Shown here in pieces: positions 30,185 to 39,412 of a stretch of DNA of 64,000 bases. A program made the position numbers and the translations under genes. Origin of the DNA: a bacterium (GTDB lineage: Bacteria; Zhuqueibacterota; Zhuqueibacteria; Residuimicrobiales; Krinioviventaceae); contig CAXXFV010000023.1 in the NCBI GenBank assembly GCA_963674595.2, forward strand, positions 32,001 through 96,000, in the 5' to 3' direction. Numbering within the stretch: position 1 is the stretch's first letter; every line of letters starts with the position of its first letter. The notes under the pieces were generated by a model, which saw nothing but the letters and a program-made list of their open reading frames with translations, did not search any database and was not told where the DNA came from.

Positions 30185-31546
30185 ATGAAATCGATTAATA
30201 ATAGCAATATTTCACGCCGAACGTTCCTTGCCGCTTCAACCCTTGCTGCATTTTCCTTTCATTATGTACCAGGTCGATTGTTTGGCTCTGAGGCCCCCGG
30301 TAACAAATTGAATATAGCAGGAATCGGTGTCGGCGGCATGGGCGGCAGTAATTTAAGCCGATGCGAATCAGAAAATATTATTGCCCTGTGCGATGTTGAC
30401 AGCGATTATGCGGCCAAAACCATTGAAAAATATCCAAAGGCAAAGGTGTATACGGATTATCGGGTCATGCTGGAAAAAGAAAAAGACATTGATGCTGTCG
30501 TTATTGCCACACCGGACCATACCCATGCTGTTATAACCCTGGCAGCTTTGGAAGCCGGCAAGCATGTTTACTGTCAAAAACCGTTGACGCATACGGTATA
30601 CGAAGCCAGAACAATTAAGCAAGCGGCCCGAAAATATAATGTTCAAACCCAGATGGGGAACCAGGGCCATTCTTCCGAGCATATACGATTATTGAAAGAG
30701 TGGCTTGATGACGGTGTGATAGGTGATGTCAGAGAAATTTACGCCTGGACGGACCGGCCTGTCGGTGGTGATATCTGGTCGACCTTTGCCGTTAAAGCCG
30801 CACCGAAAGATACACCACCAGTCCCGGCATCTTTAAATTGGGATTTATGGCTGGGACCGGCTGCTTACAGGTCTTATCATCCGGATTACCACCCCATGGC
30901 CTGGCGTGCCTGGCTGGATTTCGGCACCGGCGCATTGGGTGATATGGGATGCCATATTCTTGATCCGGCTTTTTGGGCGCTTGATTTGGGCGCACCGACA
31001 CAGATCGAAGCCACGTCCACACATTGGCAGGAGGACGTCAGTTCGGAAACGTTTCCCAGGGCTTCTATTGTGCGCTATCAATTTCCACAACGGGGAAACA
31101 AACCACCGGTAAAATTGACCTGGTATGACGGACGGTTGATGCCGCCTTTACCGGACAGTTTTGAAAGCGGTCGAAAATTACCGGCAAGCGGCGCTATTTT
31201 AGTCGGTGATGACGGCTGCATTTTGCACGGTTCTCATGGCGCACACGGGATGCGGCTTGTACCGGAATCGAAAATGCAAAGCTACAAACGTCCGAAAAAA
31301 ACACTGCCGCGTGTAACGGGTACGCACGAAGAAGACTGGATCCGCGCCTGCAAAGACGGCAAACCGGCCAGTTCCACGTTTGAATATGGCGGTGCGTTAA
31401 CAGAAATGGCGCTTTTGGGTGTTTTAGCAATCCGTATGAAAGACCAGCGTTTGCAATGGGATTCTGAAAATATGAGATTTACAAATAATGAAGAAGCAAA
31501 CAAATTACTGCATATAGACTATCGTGCCGGCTGGAAATTAGGATAA
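30185..31546 (+). CDS. Gfo/Idh/MocA family oxidoreductase (Tat-exported)
   Basis: SRRTFL; IGVGGMG; IATPDHTH; HVYCQKP; GALGDMGCH. Confidence 0.93.
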   Translation: MKSINNSNISRRTFLAASTLAAFSFHYVPGRLFGSEAPGNKLNIAGIGVGGMGGSNLSRCESENIIALCDVDSDYAAKTIEKYPKAKVYTDYRVMLEKEKDIDAVVIATPDHTHAVITLAALEAGKHVYCQKPLTHTVYEARTIKQAARKYNVQTQMGNQGHSSEHIRLLKEWLDDGVIGDVREIYAWTDRPVGGDIWSTFAVKAAPKDTPPVPASLNWDLWLGPAAYRSYHPDYHPMAWRAWLDFGTGALGDMGCHILDPAFWALDLGAPTQIEATSTHWQEDVSSETFPRASIVRYQFPQRGNKPPVKLTWYDGRLMPPLPDSFESGRKLPASGAILVGDDGCILHGSHGAHGMRLVPESKMQSYKRPKKTLPRVTGTHEEDWIRACKDGKPASSTFEYGGALTEMALLGVLAIRMKDQRLQWDSENMRFTNNEEANKLLHIDYRAGWKLG

Positions 31547-31576
31547 CCGGATTGAAATAAAAGAGAGAACACTTGA

Positions 31577-32422
31577 ATGGGACATGAAAACAAAAAACAG
31601 CTTTACAGAAATCTTTTGATTTTTACGGTGGTAACCCTTGGTTCCGGATGGATTGCCATGTGGCTGAATGTTAAATCTACCGGACAGCCCTCTCAGGGTA
31701 TGGGTATTTTATTGTGGCTTCTTGCACCGTTGTTGGTTTCTATTATACTCCGTTTGTTTGCCGGCGACGGATGGAAAGATATGGGCATTTGTTTAAATTT
31801 TAAAAATAATATACGATGGTATGTTGTAACAATCATGCTTTATCCTGTGTTGATTGGTTTTATTCTATTGCTGGGCTGGTTGACCGGATGTACTGCTTTA
31901 TCCGGATTTTGCACAAAAGGTTTTGCTCTGTTTTTTCAATTACTTTTGGCAGCGTTGGTTGGTAATTTTTTCAAGAATATTTTTGAAGAGTTTGCCTGGC
32001 GGGGTTATCTGGCTCCAAAAATAAACAAACTCGGCTGGAACAGTTTTGCGTCCCACATTGCGGTCGGACTTGTATGGGCAGGATGGCACCTGCCCTATTA
32101 CATCGGCTTGCTGGACCCGACGGATATTCACAAATACACGCCTTTAAATATGTCTGTTTTTATCCCGTTTGTTTTCCTGGGCCTCATTGCGGCATCAGTT
32201 GTTTACGGAGAATTGAGACTGCTCACCAATTCCCTGTGGCCGGCCCTTTTGCTGCACACCATCGGCAATGCTATTATTTTGACACTGTTGATGGAAAATT
32301 TTGTATCCATTAAAACAAAGGCCCACTTTTTGTTTTCACCTTCGTTTGAAGGTCTTTTGATGATTTTATTGTGTTTGTTGACAGGTATTGTATTGAACAG
32401 GGTGAGAGTGAAAAGGATGTGA
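31577..32422 (+). CDS. CPBP (Abi/CAAX) family intramembrane metalloprotease
   Basis: EEFAWRGY, WAGWH, LLH...N motifs; multiple TM segments. Confidence 0.9.
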   Translation: MGHENKKQLYRNLLIFTVVTLGSGWIAMWLNVKSTGQPSQGMGILLWLLAPLLVSIILRLFAGDGWKDMGICLNFKNNIRWYVVTIMLYPVLIGFILLLGWLTGCTALSGFCTKGFALFFQLLLAALVGNFFKNIFEEFAWRGYLAPKINKLGWNSFASHIAVGLVWAGWHLPYYIGLLDPTDIHKYTPLNMSVFIPFVFLGLIAASVVYGELRLLTNSLWPALLLHTIGNAIILTLLMENFVSIKTKAHFLFSPSFEGLLMILLCLLTGIVLNRVRVKRM

Positions 32423-32452
32423 TTTTTATCCTGAAAAAGAATTGATAAAAAA

Positions 32453-33151
32453 TTACTCTTTTATCATCATTTTATAACCCTTGCCGTGCAGATTTTTGAT
32501 CTCAATACGTTCATCTTTTTTTAAAAAACCTCGCAGTTTGCTGATGTAAACATCCATGCTTCTGGCGGTAAAATAGCTGTCATCTTCCCATATTTTATCA
32601 AGAGCGGTTTTTCGTTTGAGCAGTTGGTTTTTGTTGACAGATAATAAATAAAGCAGTTCCGATTCTTTAAACGAAAGTTTATAGTTTTCATTATTAAATA
32701 TCAACAACTGTTTTGAATAGTCAAATATATATCGGCCCAAATGAAAAATTTCCGAATTATTTTTTGAATGTTGGTTTTGGGTCCGTTTCAACACGGCTTG
32801 AATACGCAACAACAGTTCTTCCATACTGAACGGTTTGGTAACATAGTCGTCACCGCCGATTTTAAATCCCTCTATCCGGTCTTCTTTTAAAGATTTGGCT
32901 GTTAAAAAGATAATGGGAACGAGTTTATTATGCTCTCGTATTTTTTCAGCCAATGTGAATCCATCCATAACCGGCAGCATAACATCAATCAGACACAGAT
33001 CAAAAGACTGGTTTAAAAATTCATCTAGTGCATCCAGTCCGTTTTCGCATCTTACAATAGCATAGCGCTGCAATTCCAGCGATTCCTGCAAAATAAATCC
33101 CAGGTTCGGGTCGTCTTCCACCACAAGTATTTTAGTGTTTTGTTGCGTCAT
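32453..33151 (-). CDS. OmpR-family response regulator (RprY-like)
   Basis: VEDD, DVMLP, IIFLTAK, DDYVTKPF, wHTH with YFTARSMDVYISKLR. Confidence 0.93.
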   Translation of the reverse strand: MTQQNTKILVVEDDPNLGFILQESLELQRYAIVRCENGLDALDEFLNQSFDLCLIDVMLPVMDGFTLAEKIREHNKLVPIIFLTAKSLKEDRIEGFKIGGDDYVTKPFSMEELLLRIQAVLKRTQNQHSKNNSEIFHLGRYIFDYSKQLLIFNNENYKLSFKESELLYLLSVNKNQLLKRKTALDKIWEDDSYFTARSMDVYISKLRGFLKKDERIEIKNLHGKGYKMMIKE

Positions 33152-34763
33152 TTATTTCGTTATATAAAGGTAACATGATTTCAAAAACAGTGCCTTTTCC
33201 CGGTTGACTTTTTACTTTTACCGAACCCTTATGGGCCTGAACGATCAATTTGACATAGCTCAAACCAAGGCCAAACCCTTTTACATTATGAATATTTCCG
33301 GTCGGTACTCTGAAATAGCTGTCAAATATCTGCTTTTGATATTCAACAGGGATGCCGATGCCGTTATCGCTGATTTTTATCAGGACATTGTTTTCTGAAT
33401 TTGCCGTTGTTATCCGGATTTTAGGATTCTGCTGATTGTATTTGACAGCGTTATCCAGCAAATTAAACAGCACATTTTCAATATGGACGGGATCGGCATA
33501 GATTAACGTATCAAGTGCCTCCAGCGATAATGTAATAGCGCCTGGATTTTTTTTTAATTGTAATTCAAAGCTCTTTGCTGCTTGTGTAATCAGTTTATGT
33601 ATATCCAGCGGTTTTAAATCCAGGTCAATGTCATTGTTTTCAAATTCCGCCAGTTGTAATATCTTTTCAACATGCTGTTCCATTCGGGTTGTTTCGGTTT
33701 TTATAATCTCAAGATATTGTTTGGTTTTGTTCTTTTGCTGCTGCACTGCCGGATGTCCTAGTGATTCACCGGCCAGGGCAATGGTTGAAATCGGGGTTTT
33801 AAACTCGTGTGTCATATTGTTGATAAAATGGACCAAAAGGGCGGCAAAACTTTTTTGTTTATAGACAATTTTTAAAACATATAAAAAACAAAAAAAGATG
33901 ATGAGAATAAAAACAAATGATGAAATGATCCAAATGCCGGTTTGTCTGAGTAGAAATATATTCTTATGTGTAAAAGAGACAACCAGATCTTCAGACGGTT
34001 GAAAAAAATCGTTTGGAAAAAGTTTAATGTGATAGGGATTTTTCAGATGGATGTTTTTGTGTTTTTTATAAAGGACAGAATCTGTTTTTGTGTTTATAAT
34101 GGCATAATTATAGGGTGTATCGATTTTGTACTTTTGAAATGTCGTGGATATCAATGAATCCAGGGATGTTAATTGAATCCTTTCGAACACCGGTTTGGGT
34201 TTGATGATCAGGTCCTGCATGACTTTTTCGACAAGCTGTTGTTTGGCCTGTTTTGATTGTTGAAACGGTTGGCCGGATATTTTTGTTTTAATCATATAAT
34301 CTATACTATCAGGTTCGCCTGGATAGCTTCCTGATGTCGTTTTGTTCGAAGCATTATTGGGGAAATAATACATTTTTTTTACAGCGGCGCTTGTTTTATG
34401 TGCCGTGTCGCTGGATATTTGGCTAAAATCAGTTATAATCTGCATCATCACTTTTGTGCTTTCGCCCATGACATTCTGTGTAGAGTCTTTGGTGATGAAT
34501 ATTCGTGTAAGATTTAAACTGTCATTTCCTTGTGTATCAAAATCTGTTGATGATGCATCAAGTTTTACTGTAATATTGTCGGCAATTTCCCTCATTTCCA
34601 GCCTTTTGACAATATCATGCAAACAATTTTCCGCAACGTTGTTAAAACTTTCTGTTTCCAGTTTCAGGGCGTGATGAAACAAATAGATTTGCAGACTAAT
34701 CAAACCGATCAGAGCGGCTGAAATGAATATGATAATGGTAATGATTCTTTTCTCAGGTTTCAT
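33132..34763 (-). CDS. Membrane sensor histidine kinase (RprX-like)
   Basis: Two TM helices around a periplasmic domain; H-box FINNMTHEFKTP; NLLDNAVKY; DNGIGI; GFGLGL; overlaps the regulator gene. Confidence 0.93.
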   Translation of the reverse strand: MKPEKRIITIIIFISAALIGLISLQIYLFHHALKLETESFNNVAENCLHDIVKRLEMREIADNITVKLDASSTDFDTQGNDSLNLTRIFITKDSTQNVMGESTKVMMQIITDFSQISSDTAHKTSAAVKKMYYFPNNASNKTTSGSYPGEPDSIDYMIKTKISGQPFQQSKQAKQQLVEKVMQDLIIKPKPVFERIQLTSLDSLISTTFQKYKIDTPYNYAIINTKTDSVLYKKHKNIHLKNPYHIKLFPNDFFQPSEDLVVSFTHKNIFLLRQTGIWIISSFVFILIIFFCFLYVLKIVYKQKSFAALLVHFINNMTHEFKTPISTIALAGESLGHPAVQQQKNKTKQYLEIIKTETTRMEQHVEKILQLAEFENNDIDLDLKPLDIHKLITQAAKSFELQLKKNPGAITLSLEALDTLIYADPVHIENVLFNLLDNAVKYNQQNPKIRITTANSENNVLIKISDNGIGIPVEYQKQIFDSYFRVPTGNIHNVKGFGLGLSYVKLIVQAHKGSVKVKSQPGKGTVFEIMLPLYNEINDATKH

Positions 34764-34801
34764 GGTTAAAAATACAATATTTTAAAATCAAATTCACGGA
34801 C

Positions 34802-34837
34802 TTTAACACTTTTTAACATTTTCTAACCTTATTTAAC
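34802..34837. promoter_or_regulatory. Four direct TAAC boxes at 10-bp period; candidate response-regulator binding site
   Basis: ctttaacact ttttaacatt ttctaacctt atttaactag: TAAC at 34804, 34814, 34824, 34834, in the divergent intergenic region. Confidence 0.7.
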
Positions 34838-34910
34838 TAGGGCATGAAATTGAGAAATATTATTTTGGCGATGTAATAAATATTTTATTGTAAAAAAAAG
34901 AGGTCCTGCC

Positions 34911-35672
34911 ATGAAACGTATTATCATTAACTCTGTTTATTTGATTTTGCTTATATGTTCAAGTGTGTTTTCCCAGGCCAGGATGCAAAAAATCATGCTG
35001 CAAGGTGATGACATTTATATAAGCCGTGAACTGGAAACTGTTATCGTCGGTAAGGACGGTGTTGTCACGGTCGCTACCTTAATGCCCCTGGAAATGCGGT
35101 CACAGGAATACCGGTCTATAGATATAAATGAAGGGGACACCATCCTGTATTTTAATGCTGAAAAGGTTAAATCAGCCAAAGAGATCGAAAAATTGTACAA
35201 CAGCATAGCTGTCGGCGGGGGAATAAAACTTGGGATAAAACGCGGCCCGGAAATGCACCTGATCAGTTATGCCAAGATCGATCCGGCAAACCTGCCCCAG
35301 GGACAGCGGATGGTTGTTCGTACAATGGACAAAGATCCGGATATGAAAATGATGGATTCTGATAAGGTCATTATCAAAAAGACGGATAACATGCTGCCGT
35401 TAATGAGCGAAGGCATTATTCTGGAAGATGTGGAGAATGCCGTTAAGATTTCCGAGACATTTGATGTTAAAAACAACCTTTTCAAAAAAGGCGATATTAT
35501 TGTGTCGATGAACGATCAATCCGTAAAAACGATCAAAGAATTCGATGAAATGTATCAAAAAATAAATATCGGTTCTGAAATTTCTTTGAACATCCAGCGT
35601 GGACAAAACAATCTAAAGCTGGTTTATAACAAATCCAAAGCTCCTGAAATTATTAAAAAAGATAAAGAATAG
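34911..35672 (+). CDS. Secreted tandem-PDZ protein without a protease domain
   Basis: Signal peptide; INEGDTILYFN.EKV...IKRG and FKKGDIIVSMNDQSV...IQRG PDZ signatures. Confidence 0.72.
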   Translation: MKRIIINSVYLILLICSSVFSQARMQKIMLQGDDIYISRELETVIVGKDGVVTVATLMPLEMRSQEYRSIDINEGDTILYFNAEKVKSAKEIEKLYNSIAVGGGIKLGIKRGPEMHLISYAKIDPANLPQGQRMVVRTMDKDPDMKMMDSDKVIIKKTDNMLPLMSEGIILEDVENAVKISETFDVKNNLFKKGDIIVSMNDQSVKTIKEFDEMYQKINIGSEISLNIQRGQNNLKLVYNKSKAPEIIKKDKE

Positions 35673-35682
35673 GTGTATATAC

Positions 35683-37176
35683 ATGTTGAAACGGATATGC
35701 CTGACGGCGTTGGTATTTACTGTTCTGACAGATTTTTGTTCTGCGCAGACTGGTTCCTACTTTAATCAACGGGATGACCAATATACGTTGTTGGGATTAA
35801 AACGGGCCAAAGAAGCTTTTGATATGGCCAGAAATAATTTAAACCGCGTTCAGGAAATGTTTGATAAGGGCCTTGTGTCTCGTCAGGATTTGGACCAGGC
35901 AAAAAATTTGTTCACAGATGCCGAGGTTAATTATCAACAATCCCTGCTGGCGGTCATTTTTGAAAAACAGCATGTCAGTGTGCAAACAGCGGTGAAATAC
36001 CAGGCCAAAGACGGTCGGAAACATGTGCGTCTGGTTTTGGCAAACACGTCTGGTGGCAGCAGCGAATTTAAAAAACTGATCAATATTGATGATGAGCTTT
36101 ATCACGCGTTAAAACCCGAAATCATTAACGATGTTTATGTCTCTCTGATGAATGACGACCAGGCAATTATCAGTCAACCCTATGAAATGAAAATAGACCG
36201 GCTCCTATTTGGGCAGCCCGCTACGTTGGATTTTACACTGCTTCAGGACCTGGATGCCGTGTCCGTAAATATTATTTATGGGCGGGGTTACAGCAAATAT
36301 TCCAAAGTGTTTTTGCAAAAGGATGCTTCAGAAAACAAGGTTATTGTTCAGGCTGAACAGTTTTCTCAGGAAGTGGAACTGGGCAGTTCCGCCTCATTAG
36401 ACCTGACTTTGGAGCTTTTCAGTGGAACTTTGAACACGTTTAAACTACAGGTTGTTAATTTACCACAGCAGATAAATCGATATTTTATTGAGCCTGAAAG
36501 TCAGGCCCGGTTGTCACAGTTTAAATTCACCGAGAGTACCTCCACACGACGGGTTTCGCTTCAGGTGTTTTTACCGGACCGGCCGTCGGAACAGGTGGTT
36601 ATAGATAAGCCGTTGCCGTTTTACGTTCTTGTCATTCCGGCTGATATGTGGAATAAGACGGATGATTTTCAGACGAAATTCTGGACACAGGAGGAACTGG
36701 ACGCGCTGCATATCGGATATGTCAAGCTGGAACTTGTACCGCGCGGCATCGGCAAGCTTTTGGTAAGGGCGCCTCAGCTTTACTATTCTATCAAACCGGA
36801 TGATAAAGTGGACATGGAAATAGAACTTGTCAATGAAGGTACGCGCCGGCTGGATAATATTGAAATTGAGGTAGATGCTCCGTTAAACTGGCAAAAAATC
36901 GTTTCACCTGAATTAACACCGAATCTTGACATAGCCCAGGAAAACAAAATTTCTCTACAATTGTTGCCGCCGGAAAATGTTGCTGTCGGCCGGTATGAGT
37001 TTCGAATCCGTTCAACATCGTTGTCCGACAATCGGCCGGTCACCGGCGATGATAAAACCGTGATCGTCAGAGTTGAGGCAAAAACAAACATTTTCGGAAC
37101 ACTGTTGATTGTTCTGTTTATTGTGTTGATTTCGGTTACCATGGTTGTTTTTGCAATTCGGTTGTCGCGAAGATAA
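35683..37176 (+). CDS. Periplasmic membrane-anchored protein: MFP-like alpha-hairpin + Ig-like/NEW3 domains + C-terminal TM helix
   Basis: Signal peptide; ARNNLNRVQEMFDKGLVSRQDLDQAK; LVNEGTRRLDNI...PLNW...PPENVAVGRY (NEW3); C-terminal hydrophobic helix then RLSRR. Confidence 0.7.
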   Translation: MLKRICLTALVFTVLTDFCSAQTGSYFNQRDDQYTLLGLKRAKEAFDMARNNLNRVQEMFDKGLVSRQDLDQAKNLFTDAEVNYQQSLLAVIFEKQHVSVQTAVKYQAKDGRKHVRLVLANTSGGSSEFKKLINIDDELYHALKPEIINDVYVSLMNDDQAIISQPYEMKIDRLLFGQPATLDFTLLQDLDAVSVNIIYGRGYSKYSKVFLQKDASENKVIVQAEQFSQEVELGSSASLDLTLELFSGTLNTFKLQVVNLPQQINRYFIEPESQARLSQFKFTESTSTRRVSLQVFLPDRPSEQVVIDKPLPFYVLVIPADMWNKTDDFQTKFWTQEELDALHIGYVKLELVPRGIGKLLVRAPQLYYSIKPDDKVDMEIELVNEGTRRLDNIEIEVDAPLNWQKIVSPELTPNLDIAQENKISLQLLPPENVAVGRYEFRIRSTSLSDNRPVTGDDKTVIVRVEAKTNIFGTLLIVLFIVLISVTMVVFAIRLSRR

Positions 37177-37190
37177 TAAAAGAGGTTTTT

Positions 37191-37966
37191 ATGCAAGTTA
37201 ATAAAATGGAAAGTCTGTTTAAAAATTCCAATTCACCTCAACCGGTTCTTGAGGCTGACAAACTGACAAAAAGATACGATAATGGTGTGTTGGCTGTTGA
37301 TAATACGAGTTTTAAAGTATATCCGGGACAGATTTATGCCATGCTGGGTGCAAACGGCGCCGGTAAAACCACGTTGATTCATCTGTTCCTGAATTTTATC
37401 GAACCGACACAGGGTGTTGCCCGGATCGATGGCGTTGGCGCACAACGCGAGCCATTGTTTGTTAAACAACGGCTGGCCTATGTTTCAGAAAATGTAATGC
37501 TTTATTCGAATTTTACCCCGGTACAAAATCTGGATTATTTTTGCAAACTGGCCGGGCATAATCACTATACCCGACAGGACTATGAGGCCACACTTTCCCG
37601 GGTGGGACTGCAATCCTCAAGTTTTACAATGAAATTAAAAGATTTTTCCAAAGGCATGCGTCAAAAATGCGGAATTGCGATTGCCATATTAAAAAATGCG
37701 CCGGTTATTTTATTGGACGAACCCACCTCCGGGCTGGACCCTAAAGCCGGTCATGATTTTATTCAGCTTTTGGCTGAAACTCAGGCAGGAGGGAAAAGCA
37801 ATTTTTAATGTCAACCCATGATATTTTCAGGGCCAGACAGGTTGCCGATACTGTCGGCATCATGCGTTCCGGAAAGTTACTGGTTGAATACACACAAATG
37901 GAACTGGAACAAAAAAATTTGGAACAACTCTATCTCGACTATATGATGGGTGAAACGGAAAATTAA
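37191..37966 (+). pseudogene. ABC transporter ATP-binding protein, frameshifted near 37770-37807 (probably sequencing errors)
   Basis: Walker A GANGAGKT, FSKGMRQK, LLDEPTSGLDP. LRQEGKAI lies in a second frame and MSTHDIFRARQVADTVGIM...LEQLYLDYM in a third, ending TAA 37964-37966. Confidence 0.85.
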
Positions 37967-37982
37967 TTTTTAGGAACGTTAT

Positions 37983-39398
37983 ATGATTAAAACGATAATG
38001 AAAAAAGAGCTGTTGGAAATTATCGGTTCCCGAAAGTTTCTGGTGACTTTTTCAATATGTTCTTTGTTTATAATACTGGCATTTTTTGTAGGGACGCAAA
38101 ATTACAAAAAAAATTATGCCCGCTATCAGGCTGCCTGTTCGGAAAACCTGCGTCAATTCAGCGGTTTGACGGATTGGACCCAGGTCACCGGATTTAAACT
38201 GTTTTTACCGCCGCGTCTGTTAGAGTCTCTGGTGACGGGTGTTTCCAATGATATCGGTCGGACCATTAAAGTGTATGGACGCGGAGAGTTATCAACCCAG
38301 GACAGCCGTAACAGCGGCAATCCTTTGTTCGCTGTTTTTCAATTTCTGGATTTGACGTTTATTTTTCAAATCGTGTTGTCCTTGTTTGCTGTTTTTTTAA
38401 CCTATAATTCTGTAAACGGTGAAAAAGAACAGGGGACCTTGAGACTGACATTTTCAAATGCCGTTCCAAAAGACAAGTTTATTCTCGGTAAAATGACAGG
38501 CTCTTTACTGGCCCTGGTCCTTCCTTTATCCATCCCGATTTTGCTGGGTTGCCTGTTGATGCCTCTTCAGGGCATTCATTTACAGATTCAAGAGTGGCTG
38601 CAATTGGGACTGGTTTTATTAACCGGCATCGTTTATGTGGCAAGTTTTCTTTTTCTCTCTATTTTTGTGTCTGTACTGACAAAAAAATCTTCAACATCGT
38701 TTCTGGTGCTGCTTGCCTTGTGGATTGTTTTTGTATTTATTATCCCCAATTCTTCGGTTGTCATTGCCGGTCATGCTGTGGATGTCCCGTCTGTTGACTA
38801 TATGAATTATCAAAAAGGACAATATCGCGCCCAGCTTTTTAACCGGGAAAGAGAAAAGCTGAACGCGTTTAAACCATCCAGTAACGGTGATATGGAAAAA
38901 ATGCTGCAAGAGTTTGAAGAGTTTATGGATGATCTTGGCAAATCCAGAAATGAAAAAATGCAGGAATATACCAATCGTTTGAATGAACAGCGTTTAAACA
39001 AGCAAATAGAGCAACAAAAACTGGCTTTTGGCTTTTCACGGCTTTCTCCGAGTGCGGTTTTTACTTTTGCCGTAACCAGGCTGGCGGGCAGTTTTATCGA
39101 TTTAAATCAACATTTTTTACAACAAGCCGGCGAATATCAAGCGCAGTTTCTGCAGTTTATGAAAAGCAAAACCGGAATTGTTCCTGACAAGGGCGCGGTC
39201 ATTATGAAATTGAACGACGATAATTCAAAGCAGGAAACACCGATTAATTTAATGGAACTGCCGGAATTTAATTATCAAGATTTTGCTTTTACGAATTCCA
39301 TTCAAAGCGCTCTGCTGGATATATTTTTACTGGTTATGCTGAATGTTGTATTGTTTTTTGCGGCTTTTTTAGCATTTTCACGATATGATGTCAGGTAA
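37983..39398 (+). CDS. ABC-2 type permease with large extracytoplasmic domains
   Basis: GEKEQGTLRLTFSNAVPK..FILGK; LSP; C-terminal FSRYDVR. Confidence 0.88.
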   Translation: MIKTIMKKELLEIIGSRKFLVTFSICSLFIILAFFVGTQNYKKNYARYQAACSENLRQFSGLTDWTQVTGFKLFLPPRLLESLVTGVSNDIGRTIKVYGRGELSTQDSRNSGNPLFAVFQFLDLTFIFQIVLSLFAVFLTYNSVNGEKEQGTLRLTFSNAVPKDKFILGKMTGSLLALVLPLSIPILLGCLLMPLQGIHLQIQEWLQLGLVLLTGIVYVASFLFLSIFVSVLTKKSSTSFLVLLALWIVFVFIIPNSSVVIAGHAVDVPSVDYMNYQKGQYRAQLFNREREKLNAFKPSSNGDMEKMLQEFEEFMDDLGKSRNEKMQEYTNRLNEQRLNKQIEQQKLAFGFSRLSPSAVFTFAVTRLAGSFIDLNQHFLQQAGEYQAQFLQFMKSKTGIVPDKGAVIMKLNDDNSKQETPINLMELPEFNYQDFAFTNSIQSALLDIFLLVMLNVVLFFAAFLAFSRYDVR

Positions 39399-39412
39399 AG
39401 GATGAGGATGAA

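Noticed and set aside
37770-37810. Programmed frameshift in the ABC ATPase
   Set aside because: Restoring the typical sequence needs two separate shifts, there is no canonical slippery heptamer in frame, and similar homopolymer breaks occur elsewhere.
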